A stretch of 64,000 bases of DNA from Candidatus Omnitrophota bacterium (GCA_030649895.1 JAUSEX010000052.1:80988-144987), one strand, 5' to 3'. Positions 1 to 10,555 are shown, counted from the stretch's first letter. Numbers and translations: made by a program. Notes: generated by a model not told the origin, from the letters alone.

Positions 1-1350
1 AATCTTTATAAAATCCGGCTCGAGATAAGGTGTGTAGGAAGGGCAAAATAAATTTATAGACCCAACATAATCGCTTATATTATTCATAAAAAGGGAAGAA
101 TAAAATAGATATGTGCATAGATCCCCTCTCGTAGAATAAGTCAAAGGGGCCACTAAATTTTTGATATATTCTTCCAGATACGCATAATACCTTTCCCTGT
201 TATAATATTTATCAATTAGGACGTCATTGTATCTCTGCATCCTTATAAATTCCTTTACATTAAAAGCTTTTATCTTCCTGAAATAAGAATAATAATTTTT
301 TGTATACAGTTCGCTTCCTGCAAAGCCCCCTACCTCAATATCAGCTATCTTGGATACAGAATCAAAATAGTAATATCTATGGTAAGAGCCGATCGTCTTT
401 ATCAGCTTAAAAAAATCTTCATTTTCCTTTTTCCATTTAATTACGCTTTCCATATCGCCGCATATATTTCTGTAATCTAAATTGAATTCTTTAACAATTT
501 TCTGCGTTATCGGAAGATCGCTGTATCTCCCTTTCTTCAAATAATCCTCGTGCTGCATAATTTCATTACCACATAAAAATTGTTTGTTCTTCTTTAATAG
601 TGTGGATATATTCATCCTGGTATCAAATCCGCCTGTAATCCCGCAAAATATATTTTCAACATTATCTAAAAACCTGAAATTGGACTCAAAAATACCTGCA
701 AGATTATCCAAAACCTCCTCAATATTTTTATACCTGCCAAATCTTATATCTTTATTTATATCATAATATGTTTCTATCTTAACCTCATTATTTCTAAAAC
801 TATAGATGCTTCCTGGCTTTAAATAAAGGACTTCCTTGAAAAGCGTATCATTGCTAAAGACATGGAAATGGTCATGACACGATAAATGCTGAGCCAGATA
901 ATCAAAATTTACAGAATATCTTACGTTATTATTCCGCGACAATAGATAATACGTATTTGAAACTTCTATGGTATTTCCTTGGCGCAGTAGATATACCGGG
1001 ATTGTCCTGAATCTATCTGTGATGACCATTAATTTGCCTCTAAAATATAAAACCAAAAAGAACTGGCCATGCGCCTTCAATAGTAAATCTTCCAGCTTAT
1101 CCCCTGAATTAAGGTCTTCATAGAATAGACTTACTGCGACCTTGTTGAAATTATCCCTGTAGATAAATACTCCGCCATTGGCTATGAAGTCCTCGCCTTT
1201 AGAATAATATGAAAGATGGTGGTTTTTAAAAAGTATCTTTGCCTGAAATCCGGCAATAAAAGGAATATTGCTGTATTCCGTAAAAAACCTTTTTATTTTT
1301 TCAAAACCTGAGTTTTCCTTGCCTGTATTAGATAAATAAAATATCTGCAT
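1..1350 (-). CDS. Asparagine synthase-related (AsnB-like) ATP-dependent amidotransferase, 3' end runs off window
   Basis: Not in the ORF track because it has no stop in the window. Hand translation from ATG at 1350 (MQIFYLSNTGK...) gives ITDRF..IPVY, CGITGGFDTR (SGGxDS-type PP-loop), GGFAGSELY and YTPYLEPDF (SPFLD-like). I did not translate every codon between 61 and 480. Confidence 0.75.
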   Translation of the reverse strand, partial: MQIFYLSNTGKENSGFEKIKRFFTEYSNIPFIAGFQAKILFKNHHLSYYSKGEDFIANGGVFIYRDNFNKVAVSLFYEDLNSGDKLEDLLLKAHGQFFLVLYFRGKLMVITDRFRTIPVYLLRQGNTIEVSNTYYLLSRNNNVRYSVNFDYLAQHLSCHDHFHVFSNDTLFKEVLYLKPGSIYSFRNNEVKIETYYDINKDIRFGRYKNIEEVLDNLAGIFESNFRFLDNVENIFCGITGGFDTRMNISTLLKKNKQFLCGNEIMQHEDYLKKGRYSDLPITQKIVKEFNLDYRNICGDMESVIKWKKENEDFFKLIKTIGSYHRYYYFDSVSKIADIEVGGFAGSELYTKNYYSYFRKIKAFNVKEFIRMQRYNDVLIDKYYNRERYYAYLEEYIKNLVAPLTYSTRGDLCTYLFYSSLFMNNISDYVGSINLFCPSYTPYLEPDFIKI

Positions 1351-1377
1351 CGTAACCTCTTAATTTTTATAAAAACG

Positions 1378-3168
1378 CTATTTTTCTATTAACCGGCTTA
1401 ACTCCTCTACCCATATCTTCATCCAATCTTTCCTGGCATAAGCATATTGTCTGCAAAACTCTAACCGGGCATTCTGAATATCATTTTTCAGCCACCAGTC
1501 CAAAGGGGAAGCAAAAACGTCTTTTGCCTTTTTAGCAGCGCTCAATGGGTCTTTAAAAAGAATTCCGACCTCTCTTAATAAATCAAAATATCTCTCAACT
1601 TCCGGCCTCATCAAACGCACTTTGTGATCCCAGTAAAAAATAGAAGGAGTGTTTATGGTTAAGGCCTCAATAAAAGATGTATGGGAATTGTCTATAATTG
1701 TCAATCTTGCCTTCTTCATCCACTCAACCAGCCGTCCATTGGATATAACTTTAGCGCCTGGGCATATTTCTTTTAGTACATCTGACTCATTCCATCCATA
1801 ATCATAAGTATAGAGCCGGCAAAGAATTTTATTTCTCATCTTTTCCGGCAAAGCATCAAAAAATATCTTCTGATCCTCAAAATATTTTGACATGTCTTCA
1901 GGAAAAAGGCCGTTATCAAACCAGAAATGATATCTAGGTATGGTGTTACTAATAAATAAAATATTGTCAAGCCGCGGCGAATAAGTATCCTTTAATTTAG
2001 AAAGGTGAGGACTTGGCAAAGGTTTGGTTTTATTAGCATTTTTAGAACCCCAACCCCATGTATAAAAAATATCCTTTTCCAAAGATATGGCCTCATGCGG
2101 AACAATCAATGAGATCCCATACCCGCCTCCATGTTGAAAATCAACAAGACTGGCTCCAGCTGATGCTCTCTCCGCAGCGAAAAATTTGAATCTTTCGTTA
2201 AAATACCAGCCTATTGCAGATCCCGTTATTTTCACAGAATCTATGTTTTTTATTCCCTTGATACTTCCCCTGTAAAATTTATAATTTTCCATATAACACA
2301 TTGGTATGGCCTCTGGAAGAATCTTATAAAGCAGGAATTGAAACCTATCAGAAACTCCTTTTAATTCTATCTTGCTCCTGATTTCAGGAGAGTATTTGTT
2401 TTCTAAAATATTTTCTCTTATCGATTCGAAGAATATAAAGCGAACTGTTTTGAACCCTCCTTTTAATTTTAGCAAGGCCCTATCATAAGGAGATAAGTGG
2501 TACATGTCGCATAACACTATCGGACTTTTAAAAAATATATCTAATGATTCCAATAGGCCATTAAACAACTTTCTTTTCCAGCTAGACTTAATTGAATATT
2601 CATACATACTAGGTTTCTCTTTATATTCTTTTACTATGATATTAGGCCTACATACCTCATGAGCGATCAAACTGAATAGTTTAAGGTTATAATAATCCTC
2701 GTTTACCTTTTCAGCGTGAAAGTCATACGTATCAAAAGATGCCAGCATACCCTCTTCTATAGGAAGCGCATAAGTGTAAAAATCAGGGAATAGCTCAAAA
2801 ACCTTTTCTATCCTCTTATACCTATCATAAAAAACTTCTATAAAATACAAAAGCCATGGCCCTAAAAGGACCTGCCAGTATTTCAAAGGATAAGACTCTT
2901 GGTGGGCATTATTCAATGATTCAGATAATTGAGGAAGCAACTCTATATAAATCCTGCGGCAATAATCCGCGGCTTCTTTTATTTTAAATTCCGGCTTCCA
3001 AGGAGAATCCGCTATCTTATAATCCCTGCCTTTGATTAGTTCCATAGCTGTTTTTCCTGTCAAGCACCATGGCCCTAAAAAAATCTGCCTGGTTTCCAAA
3101 TCCCAAAAATCTACTATATTTGTCGTAGCCAAACAATAACGGTCTTTTATCAAATGTTTATTAACCAT
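1378..3168 (-). CDS. LIC12162-family putative transferase (polysaccharide locus)
   Basis: 596 aa; FLGPWC at the N-terminus, LLGPWL, QHGGGYG and FYTWGW motifs, GT-B-like C-terminus. Confidence 0.7.
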   Translation of the reverse strand: MVNKHLIKDRYCLATTNIVDFWDLETRQIFLGPWCLTGKTAMELIKGRDYKIADSPWKPEFKIKEAADYCRRIYIELLPQLSESLNNAHQESYPLKYWQVLLGPWLLYFIEVFYDRYKRIEKVFELFPDFYTYALPIEEGMLASFDTYDFHAEKVNEDYYNLKLFSLIAHEVCRPNIIVKEYKEKPSMYEYSIKSSWKRKLFNGLLESLDIFFKSPIVLCDMYHLSPYDRALLKLKGGFKTVRFIFFESIRENILENKYSPEIRSKIELKGVSDRFQFLLYKILPEAIPMCYMENYKFYRGSIKGIKNIDSVKITGSAIGWYFNERFKFFAAERASAGASLVDFQHGGGYGISLIVPHEAISLEKDIFYTWGWGSKNANKTKPLPSPHLSKLKDTYSPRLDNILFISNTIPRYHFWFDNGLFPEDMSKYFEDQKIFFDALPEKMRNKILCRLYTYDYGWNESDVLKEICPGAKVISNGRLVEWMKKARLTIIDNSHTSFIEALTINTPSIFYWDHKVRLMRPEVERYFDLLREVGILFKDPLSAAKKAKDVFASPLDWWLKNDIQNARLEFCRQYAYARKDWMKIWVEELSRLIEK

Positions 3169-3205
3169 GCGCGTCTTTATTTCAATAAAATTAACTGGAT
3201 GATTA

Positions 3206-4378
3206 TTAATTAGTTTTTTCCTTCTTTAAAACCAAAATAATATTGGTGGACTCTTCTTCCGATACCGGGGATTTTTTTTCTTGTTCAATAATTTCTGAAA
3301 TTATGCCATAAATAAATCTATTTAACAAAATTGAATTATAGTACCCCTTGTATTCAATGTCTTTAAAATAAGAGAAATATTTACCAAAAAATGCATAATC
3401 TACTATTTTAAATCCATGAGTTTTAACTATATTTTCCCATTCCTGTATAGAAAAAATGTTTTGGCCTATCGCATCATATTCAAAATAGCTTTTCATTGGA
3501 TTGCCTCTTGGGTTATCTTTTATAATCCTCCATTTCTGATAACGCTCTGACCATTTTGTAGAAAATATTTTTCTAATCCTGACTCCTGGAAGATTTTTAA
3601 AGGTATTTTTTGAAAATCCAGTCATTACTAAATGTCCTCCCGGTCTCAATATTCTGCTAATCTCTTTAAGGCATTCATCTATATGAATTATATGATCAAT
3701 AATATGAACCATAATTACAGAAGTAAAAATATTAGACCTAAACGGCAATGATTTAATGCTGCCTCCGATATAGTGCTTAATCAGTTTATGCATCTCTTCA
3801 CTAAGCTCGCTTTGAGCATTCAAAAAACTATCCATAAAGTATTCACATCCAAATGTAATAGACTCTATATTATTTTTAAAAATCATATTTGTTGTCCTGG
3901 AATCGGCACAGCCAATTTCCAAGGATGGCTCCATAATATATTTCCCCATCTTTTTAAACTGGGCTATCTCTCCAGCTTTTAGTATCAGATTATAATAATT
4001 TCTCCATCCATAACAAAGCGCTTTTTCAACTTCGTTGCAATATTTTTGATGTAACATATTTTTTAAGCCTAATTTATATGAAAAAAATATAAAATTAATA
4101 AAGTGTATTACCTCTGCAAAAAAAAGCCGTTGAAAAAAATTTAACGATAATTCTTTATGGGGGTTTTTAATTTTTCTTTTATTAGCCGGCTGGTTTAAAA
4201 ATCTATCACTATAAATCCCCATTTCTTCGTCTTTAATCAAAGCTGGTATACCAAATCTTATTTTAGGTTCAAAACCACAACTATTACAAACCATTTTATT
4301 GCTGCCATATTTAAATGATTCTTCAAAATGACACACAGGGCATCTTAAATAAGAATCAACGATTAATTGGTTCAACAT
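3206..4378 (-). CDS. Class I SAM-dependent methyltransferase with N-terminal Trm112-like Zn ribbon
   Basis: LRCPVC...CNSCG...GIPAL at the N-terminus; LEIGCAD, LPF, IIDHI, EISRILRPGG. Confidence 0.75.
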   Translation of the reverse strand: MLNQLIVDSYLRCPVCHFEESFKYGSNKMVCNSCGFEPKIRFGIPALIKDEEMGIYSDRFLNQPANKRKIKNPHKELSLNFFQRLFFAEVIHFINFIFFSYKLGLKNMLHQKYCNEVEKALCYGWRNYYNLILKAGEIAQFKKMGKYIMEPSLEIGCADSRTTNMIFKNNIESITFGCEYFMDSFLNAQSELSEEMHKLIKHYIGGSIKSLPFRSNIFTSVIMVHIIDHIIHIDECLKEISRILRPGGHLVMTGFSKNTFKNLPGVRIRKIFSTKWSERYQKWRIIKDNPRGNPMKSYFEYDAIGQNIFSIQEWENIVKTHGFKIVDYAFFGKYFSYFKDIEYKGYYNSILLNRFIYGIISEIIEQEKKSPVSEEESTNIILVLKKEKTN

Positions 4379-4405
4379 AGATTTATATCATCCAAATATT
4401 CAACG

Positions 4406-5050
4406 CTAATTCAAAATCCTTGCAGGCACTCCAACTGCCGTAACGTCTTCCGGAATATCATCTTTTACAACTGCATTTGCTCCTATCTTTGACCTTTTTC
4501 CTATCCTAATGCCATTTATTATAACCGCGCCGGGACCTACAAACACCTGATCATCTATCGTTGAACTATCAGCTATATGCACTCCGCCGTTTAAAGTAAT
4601 GAAATCCCCTAATTGACAATGGTGCCCGATAGAAACAGCATAGTTGAAAAGATTAAAATTGCCTATTTTGGCATACGGCGCAACTATCGTATTCTGAGCA
4701 AAAATATTACCATGCCCAATAACAGCTTTTTTTGATATAATCGCTGATGGGTGAATAATATTAGGAAATTCTACATTAGCACAAAGTTGTATAGCTTTAA
4801 TTAATCCAGCCCTACCGATAGGGTTTATAAATGATATGACGTTTATCTCTTCTTTATGACTCATTAACCATTTTGGCGTATCTAGCACCTTATAACCAAA
4901 AAATTCCTCACCTTGTTTTCCTAAATCTGAATCGATAAAACCAAGAATTTTGTAACTCCTATTATCTGGCCTGTGTTCATATTGTGCATCTAAAATTTCC
5001 TCAATATTGACCACATATTTGCCTACTCCTAATATGATATATTTATCCAT
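4406..5050 (-). CDS. NeuD/PglD-family sugar O/N-acyltransferase (left-handed beta-helix)
   Basis: IIHPSA, hexapeptide repeats, GHHC, VGVPAR; ATG at 5050 (MDKYIILG) preferred to the track start at 5059. Confidence 0.85.
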   Translation of the reverse strand: MDKYIILGVGKYVVNIEEILDAQYEHRPDNRSYKILGFIDSDLGKQGEEFFGYKVLDTPKWLMSHKEEINVISFINPIGRAGLIKAIQLCANVEFPNIIHPSAIISKKAVIGHGNIFAQNTIVAPYAKIGNFNLFNYAVSIGHHCQLGDFITLNGGVHIADSSTIDDQVFVGPGAVIINGIRIGKRSKIGANAVVKDDIPEDVTAVGVPARILN

Positions 5051-5903
5051 TCGAACCATACCCTTCAGCAGGTGTTTTTAAACCCAGCAGTTCTCGCGCC
5101 TCAATAGGTTTCATGACAGGACGGCCCATGGTCTCTGCGATACTTATTAAACGTTTCAGCAAATCTCTGTTTGTCGCTAGCCTTGTTCTATTATTATCAA
5201 ACCAGATATTATCTTCCAAACCAATCCTAGCCCCACAGCCTATTACTGCAGCCAGCATGTTAATCATCTGTTGATTATCGCCGACAGCCCCCAGGCTGTA
5301 AATAGAGTCCTGCGGCAATTCATTAATCATAATACCTACGGATAAGATATTCGCCTGAGCGCATGCAATATTGCCAAAAATTAAATTGAAATAATAGGGC
5401 GATTTTAACAGTCCTTTTTTAATCAAATACTTGGCATAATTAATCATGCCAAGGTCAAATGCCTCCAGTTCAGGCCTAATACCTTTTTCTTTCATCTTTT
5501 CAGCTAGAGCAATTATCATACTTGGTTCATTTATGCTCGCCTGGTGGTTAAAATTCACTGAACTAAGCGTTAGACTTGCCAGGTCGGGTTTAGCCAAACC
5601 TTTGAGTTCTAAAACAGCAGACCGCTTTTCAAACTCGCTGTATGTCCTTCCGCTGCACGTCGCACAAATTATCGTTTCGGGACGCTCTTTTCTTATGCCT
5701 GTTATTATTTTCTCGTATATCTCCGGTTCCCATGTGGGGTCTCCGTCTTTATCGCGTCCGTGAATATGAACCATTGTTACGCCGAGCTCACAACAGCCTA
5801 AAACATCATCAATAATCTCCTCTGGGCTGATAGGCACTCTTTGAGTGTCTTTTTTTAACGGTATCATCCCTGTAGGGACAAGATTTACTATTAATTTCTT
5901 CAC
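5043..5903 (-). CDS. Beta-keto acid cleavage enzyme (BKACE/Kce, DUF849)
   Basis: PTG, VPISPEEI, VHIHGRD, PELEAFD, RIGLEDN, EARELLGL. Confidence 0.9.
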   Translation of the reverse strand: MKKLIVNLVPTGMIPLKKDTQRVPISPEEIIDDVLGCCELGVTMVHIHGRDKDGDPTWEPEIYEKIITGIRKERPETIICATCSGRTYSEFEKRSAVLELKGLAKPDLASLTLSSVNFNHQASINEPSMIIALAEKMKEKGIRPELEAFDLGMINYAKYLIKKGLLKSPYYFNLIFGNIACAQANILSVGIMINELPQDSIYSLGAVGDNQQMINMLAAVIGCGARIGLEDNIWFDNNRTRLATNRDLLKRLISIAETMGRPVMKPIEARELLGLKTPAEGYGSNG

Positions 5904-5922
5904 TTATACCTCCTCCCATCAA

Positions 5923-6201
5923 CTACCTTTTAACGCTTGAAAAGAAAGCATTGAGTTCATCTGCTAGCTGAACATCTCTACCTTTGGCGTTAAACGGAGC
6001 TAATAATTCATAAAAGGCCTTGTATGGAATAATTAATCCGGTAATATAATCTTTCTCTTTTAAAACCTTTACTCCTGGCAAGCCAGCTATCTTCTTAAAA
6101 AAAGAACCTATTTGTTTAACATCATTAAGCGTGGCCTCCGGCAGCCTCCATTCAAATTCAATCTCAAATTCATCCTTTCTATATGCGCATCTTTTAATCA
6201 T
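5923..6201 (-). CDS. Hypothetical protein (92 aa)
   Basis: ATGA overlap with the upstream radical SAM stop; fills the gap in the operon. Confidence 0.6.
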   Translation of the reverse strand: MIKRCAYRKDEFEIEFEWRLPEATLNDVKQIGSFFKKIAGLPGVKVLKEKDYITGLIIPYKAFYELLAPFNAKGRDVQLADELNAFFSSVKR

Positions 6202-7211
6202 TTTTGCGTCTCCTGCGAAATTATGTCATAAATACTTATTGATTGGTCAGGTAATACAAGTCCATGGCGACAAATTGAACAGCCTTTACAATCCATCCTT
6301 CTTCCGGACTTGTGCAGTTCGCGCAATTCGTTTAGTTTATCGCCATGCCATAATGCGCGCAGAGAAATGTCATTTACATTTCCCAGGGTTATATCTTCAG
6401 CGTCCCAGCCGGTGCAACACTGCACCCTGCCATTATGAGCTACCATCAAGCGTTCCCAGGGATACTGACAAACAAAACCAGGAACTGGCCTGCGATTATT
6501 CAAATCCATGTATTCGTTCATCACCACGAGGTCAGAAACCTTACTTAAACATTCATAATATCCTAAAGGATCCATAGAAACAGCCGGCCAAATAGAACAA
6601 ACGCGTATCTGCGGGTTAACTAACCCCAAACTGTCCCTTTTTTCCTTAAGATACTTGAGTTTATTAAGGCTTTCTTCAAATTTAGCGGGAAAGCGAATTC
6701 GATTATAAACTTCTCCCATGCCATCAAAAGAACAGCCTAAATAAGTCAGACCTTTTTCAATAAGAAAATCCGCCACTTCCTTTGTCACTAAGAACGTATT
6801 TGTCAGAAAAGAGACATTTGAAATCCTCTTGCATGCATATTCAACCATATCAAAAATCCTGGGATGAGTTAATGACTCGCCGCGCCAGCTAAGTCTCAGC
6901 GAATAGACTCCGTTTTCTTTGCATTCGTCAACTATTTTAGTGAAAACGTTCCAATTCATATCTCCCAGGTCTCTGAATTTTTTGCGAAAACACATTGGGC
7001 AGTTCATATTGCAATTGCTTGTAGTCTCTATGTCGACATGGAGCGGAAAATTAGATACAAAATAATTTTTAGAGTACTCATACCACTGCAAACGGTTAAT
7101 AAAGGTCTCCAAAAAATCGCCATGACTGCCATAGAACCTCCAAAAACGGCTTGGTGAGTCATAAACGCGCTGGTCTTTATTCGTATTCATGCTTATTCTC
7201 TCCTTCACCAT
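6198..7211 (-). CDS. Radical SAM protein with SPASM/twitch domain
   Basis: CNMNCPMC; C-terminal CQYPW...GRVQCC...LGN...CKGCSIC. Confidence 0.9.
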   Translation of the reverse strand: MVKERISMNTNKDQRVYDSPSRFWRFYGSHGDFLETFINRLQWYEYSKNYFVSNFPLHVDIETTSNCNMNCPMCFRKKFRDLGDMNWNVFTKIVDECKENGVYSLRLSWRGESLTHPRIFDMVEYACKRISNVSFLTNTFLVTKEVADFLIEKGLTYLGCSFDGMGEVYNRIRFPAKFEESLNKLKYLKEKRDSLGLVNPQIRVCSIWPAVSMDPLGYYECLSKVSDLVVMNEYMDLNNRRPVPGFVCQYPWERLMVAHNGRVQCCTGWDAEDITLGNVNDISLRALWHGDKLNELRELHKSGRRMDCKGCSICRHGLVLPDQSISIYDIISQETQK

Positions 7212-8261
7212 CTACTTGAAACAATCCCAGATAATCGGCTCTCCTTTTAAAATACGCCTTTGCGCCCTTATCCCATAAATATGCTGCAACAATCCAGGCT
7301 CTATTCCTCCTTCCGGCCTCAAAATGTCTACATTTTTTTCTGTAATCATTTCTCCTTCTTTGATATCTTTTACGGCATATATGGATTTTTTAAAAACCTG
7401 CCGTATCCCTTTCTCGGCATCTGTAACATCCTTATAAGGCAAACCCATCGCCTTTTCAGTCTCACGGATACCCTTAATTATCAATTCCATTTCATAAGGC
7501 ATCGTTGAAAAGAAATTATCAGGGCCAAGGGCTTCTCTTTTCAGTGTAAAATGTTTCTCTATAACACATGCCCCCATAGCAACAGCAGCAATAGGTATTG
7601 AAGTCGTCATCGTATGGTCGCTTAAACCAACAGGCACATCAAAAGTTTTCATTAATGTCTGCATCGTCCTTAAATTCATATCTTCAGGCCTTGCAGGATA
7701 TTGCGAAACGCAATGTAATAATATAGCATCGCTATTGCCTTCTTCTTTTATCGCCCTGATTGCGCTATCAATCTCTGAAAGATAGGACACCCCGGAAGAG
7801 ATTATCATTGGTTTTTTAAGCCGGGCTATATATTTTAAGAGAGGAATATTAGTCAAATCATCGGAACCAAGCTTATAGGCAGGAGGTCTGGCAATCTTTT
7901 CCAACAGGTCTACATCTTTAAAATGGCTCGGGGTAGAAAAAGCGGTTATATCTTTTTTCGCAGCATATAAAAATAACTCTTTTTGAAAATCCTCGGTCTG
8001 TTTCTCCTCGCTTTCCATAAATTCCTTATATTGGTCTATCATCCCTCTGCCATCTTTCAAATGCGTTCCTCTAATCACAGTTGTTTTGGCATGGAATGTT
8101 TGAAATTTAACGCAATCTGCTCCGATAGCCGCTGCTGAATCAACCAACCTTTTTGCACCATTTATATCATCAAAGTTCACGCCTGCTTCCAAAATAATAT
8201 AACAGGGACAATCCTTGCCTATTCTTCTTTTATTAATGACAATGGTTCCTCTCATAGACAC
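7212..8261 (-). CDS. neuB: NeuB-family nonulosonate synthase with SAF domain (atypical copy)
   Basis: VKFQTF, LHCVSQYP, GLSDH, IEKHFT, RPEGGI; canonical NHNG and GPDH replaced by NFDD and GPDN. Confidence 0.85.
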   Translation of the reverse strand: MSMRGTIVINKRRIGKDCPCYIILEAGVNFDDINGAKRLVDSAAAIGADCVKFQTFHAKTTVIRGTHLKDGRGMIDQYKEFMESEEKQTEDFQKELFLYAAKKDITAFSTPSHFKDVDLLEKIARPPAYKLGSDDLTNIPLLKYIARLKKPMIISSGVSYLSEIDSAIRAIKEEGNSDAILLHCVSQYPARPEDMNLRTMQTLMKTFDVPVGLSDHTMTTSIPIAAVAMGACVIEKHFTLKREALGPDNFFSTMPYEMELIIKGIRETEKAMGLPYKDVTDAEKGIRQVFKKSIYAVKDIKEGEMITEKNVDILRPEGGIEPGLLQHIYGIRAQRRILKGEPIIWDCFK

Positions 8262-9013
8262 CTCTTCCTTTTAAGAAATCTGGCCAGCTTTTTATTGCCA
8301 TAAATAATATTATCAGCGTCATGATAATATTCCAAAATAATATAATTGGCGCTGGATTTTTTCAAAACAAAATCTAATAATTTATACTCTTTTTCATCAG
8401 GCAGCTCATGGGAATCTTTGCCTAAAAAAGAGCGCGATAAATGGATTTCAATAACCTTTGATAAAGGCATCCTTTCTAAATAATCATGGATATCGATAGA
8501 CAAATTGCTGCAGGTAGCTTCAACATGCCCTATATCCAGTGTTAAATATACATTAAACTCTTTTACAAATGCATCTACAAACTCTGGAACGCATACAATT
8601 TCATAGGCGCCGGAAAGATGATAATCAAGATTTTCTACAGATATAATGCCCTTAAAATATTTTCGTATATTATTAATCTTTTTATCTGCGATTTTCAGAA
8701 TTTGTCCTTCCGTCAAAATATGGCTTTTGGCGACATATCCATTGTGAAAACAACCAACCTTGCGACAAGATGGCCCTAAATCAAATGACAACAGGCCTGC
8801 ACGAGATTGTATCTTTTTTAAAAATCTACAGTTATTAATTAATGCGTCGAATTCGTCGTTAATAAAGCCATTTGCATGAAATAAAACATCCTTTCCCTCA
8901 AAATCCTTATCCAGGTCTTTCTCTTTTCGGACAGACACAGCTCCTGCAATCGGAAGTAAATCGATTTTTACCTGTTCAAAATATTGCGATATAGGCAATC
9001 CTATTTTCATCAT
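8252..9013 (-). CDS. DUF692/xylose-isomerase-like TIM-barrel metalloenzyme
   Basis: SVENLDY, LTLDIGH, IEIHLS, DSH and ILEY metal-ligand pattern. Confidence 0.6.
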   Translation of the reverse strand: MMKIGLPISQYFEQVKIDLLPIAGAVSVRKEKDLDKDFEGKDVLFHANGFINDEFDALINNCRFLKKIQSRAGLLSFDLGPSCRKVGCFHNGYVAKSHILTEGQILKIADKKINNIRKYFKGIISVENLDYHLSGAYEIVCVPEFVDAFVKEFNVYLTLDIGHVEATCSNLSIDIHDYLERMPLSKVIEIHLSRSFLGKDSHELPDEKEYKLLDFVLKKSSANYIILEYYHDADNIIYGNKKLARFLKRKRCL

Positions 9014-10539
9014 CTATAGTTTTTAACTACATCTTCGGATATCTTACGCAAATACTTTCGTTTATTTTCTAAACCAAGCTCTTTGTATACTGCATCCAGG
9101 ACAATATAGGAATAGATGCGGCTTGGAACATGCTTTATCCCATACTTTTGTTTAAATCTTTTTTCATAAACAGGGTAATTTTCATAAATATTTTTTCCAA
9201 GTTTAAAAAGACTGGCGTTAGAAGGCCATATATAATCAGATTTTTTAATAGATATGCTATTACTAATGGAGTATTCTTTTGTAATCCGTTTCAGAGAATC
9301 ATCATAATAAAATTCACTACCTGGTATATCCATAACTAATAAGGTGGTGCTTATCTCTACATTCTTCAGCATCTGCTTCACGCATAAATCAGCTGTCTCA
9401 ATTAAATCTTCCTTTGAGATACAAGGAGGCAACAGAATAATATAAATCAGAGGGGTAATCCCTGCCTCTATAGTTACATCAATAGACCGAATTATTTGCT
9501 GCCGCGTAACCCCCTTTTTTAGATAAGCCAAGACTCTATTGGAAAATGATTCTACGCCATACATAATCATTCGGAATCCCGCTTTTTTCATTAAGCCAAG
9601 TATCTCTTTTTTGGGTCCGGAAAAATCATCTGGCCTGCCCTGGCAAATAAAACTCAGGTCCTTTTCCAGCCTGCCTTTTTCCTTTAGAGCTATTATTCTT
9701 AAACACAGTTCCTCAAAGCATTTAAAATCCAAAAAAAGATTATCGTCGTCAAAAATAATAGTTTCAACTTCGCTCCATGTATCAGTAATATTAAGAATGA
9801 AATGAATAATATCTTCCACAGGTAATATATAGAAATGCCCTTGCCCCCTGAATTTGCCGCTATAAGAATAAGAAATAAAATTGGTTGATGAGCAAAATTT
9901 ACAACGAAGAGGACAGAAATTGGAAAACAGAACCCTGATAGCTCTGATTTCTGTCAGGTCAGGATCATTATACAAGGATGCATTATGTCTCCAATATCGA
10001 TTATACGGGACATCAACAACACCATATGCTTCGTAAATTTCCTTAAAATCGCGTAATGTTAGTTGTTTTCCGTATCCGCTAAAAAATATCTTGTCTTTGT
10101 CTCTCCAGTATATCGACCTAATGCTGCTGAATTCCCTTTTGCCTTCAACAATCGCTTCTAAAATTTTCAACAGGGTCTTTTCTCCTTCGCCTAAAACAAT
10201 TATATCGAAGAGGGCATATTCAAAGGACTTTTTCCCGAGAAACGACACCTCTGGTCCCCCTGCAATAAAAATTGCATCAGGAAACCTCAATTTAAAATAA
10301 TTAAATAGCAGCAGATCGTTTTCTAGGGTTAAATGCAATAAACTAAAACCTATCACATCATACATTTCTTTTATCTCTTTATAATTATCAATATTAGGGT
10401 CTAAAATATCGATACGGATCCGCTTTAGTTTCTTTTCAATATAAAACTTCATCCTGTATAATCCAAAAGAAGGAGCCAGAAACGAATCCCCTGAATTGTC
10501 CCGGCCTTTAAAAGGCCCTATCAATAAAACCCTTAACAT
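9010..10539 (-). CDS. Cobalamin-binding radical SAM enzyme
   Basis: IAGGPE, LGEGE, CPLRCKFC, FDDDN, YGVESFS. Confidence 0.9.
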   Translation of the reverse strand: MLRVLLIGPFKGRDNSGDSFLAPSFGLYRMKFYIEKKLKRIRIDILDPNIDNYKEIKEMYDVIGFSLLHLTLENDLLLFNYFKLRFPDAIFIAGGPEVSFLGKKSFEYALFDIIVLGEGEKTLLKILEAIVEGKREFSSIRSIYWRDKDKIFFSGYGKQLTLRDFKEIYEAYGVVDVPYNRYWRHNASLYNDPDLTEIRAIRVLFSNFCPLRCKFCSSTNFISYSYSGKFRGQGHFYILPVEDIIHFILNITDTWSEVETIIFDDDNLFLDFKCFEELCLRIIALKEKGRLEKDLSFICQGRPDDFSGPKKEILGLMKKAGFRMIMYGVESFSNRVLAYLKKGVTRQQIIRSIDVTIEAGITPLIYIILLPPCISKEDLIETADLCVKQMLKNVEISTTLLVMDIPGSEFYYDDSLKRITKEYSISNSISIKKSDYIWPSNASLFKLGKNIYENYPVYEKRFKQKYGIKHVPSRIYSYIVLDAVYKELGLENKRKYLRKISEDVVKNYR

Positions 10540-10555
10540 ATTTTATCCTGCAAGG

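Noticed and set aside
5923-6201. 92-aa ORF as a RiPP precursor for the SPASM/DUF692 enzymes
   Set aside because: It looks globular, has a single Cys and no leader/core pattern, and the context is sugar biosynthesis.
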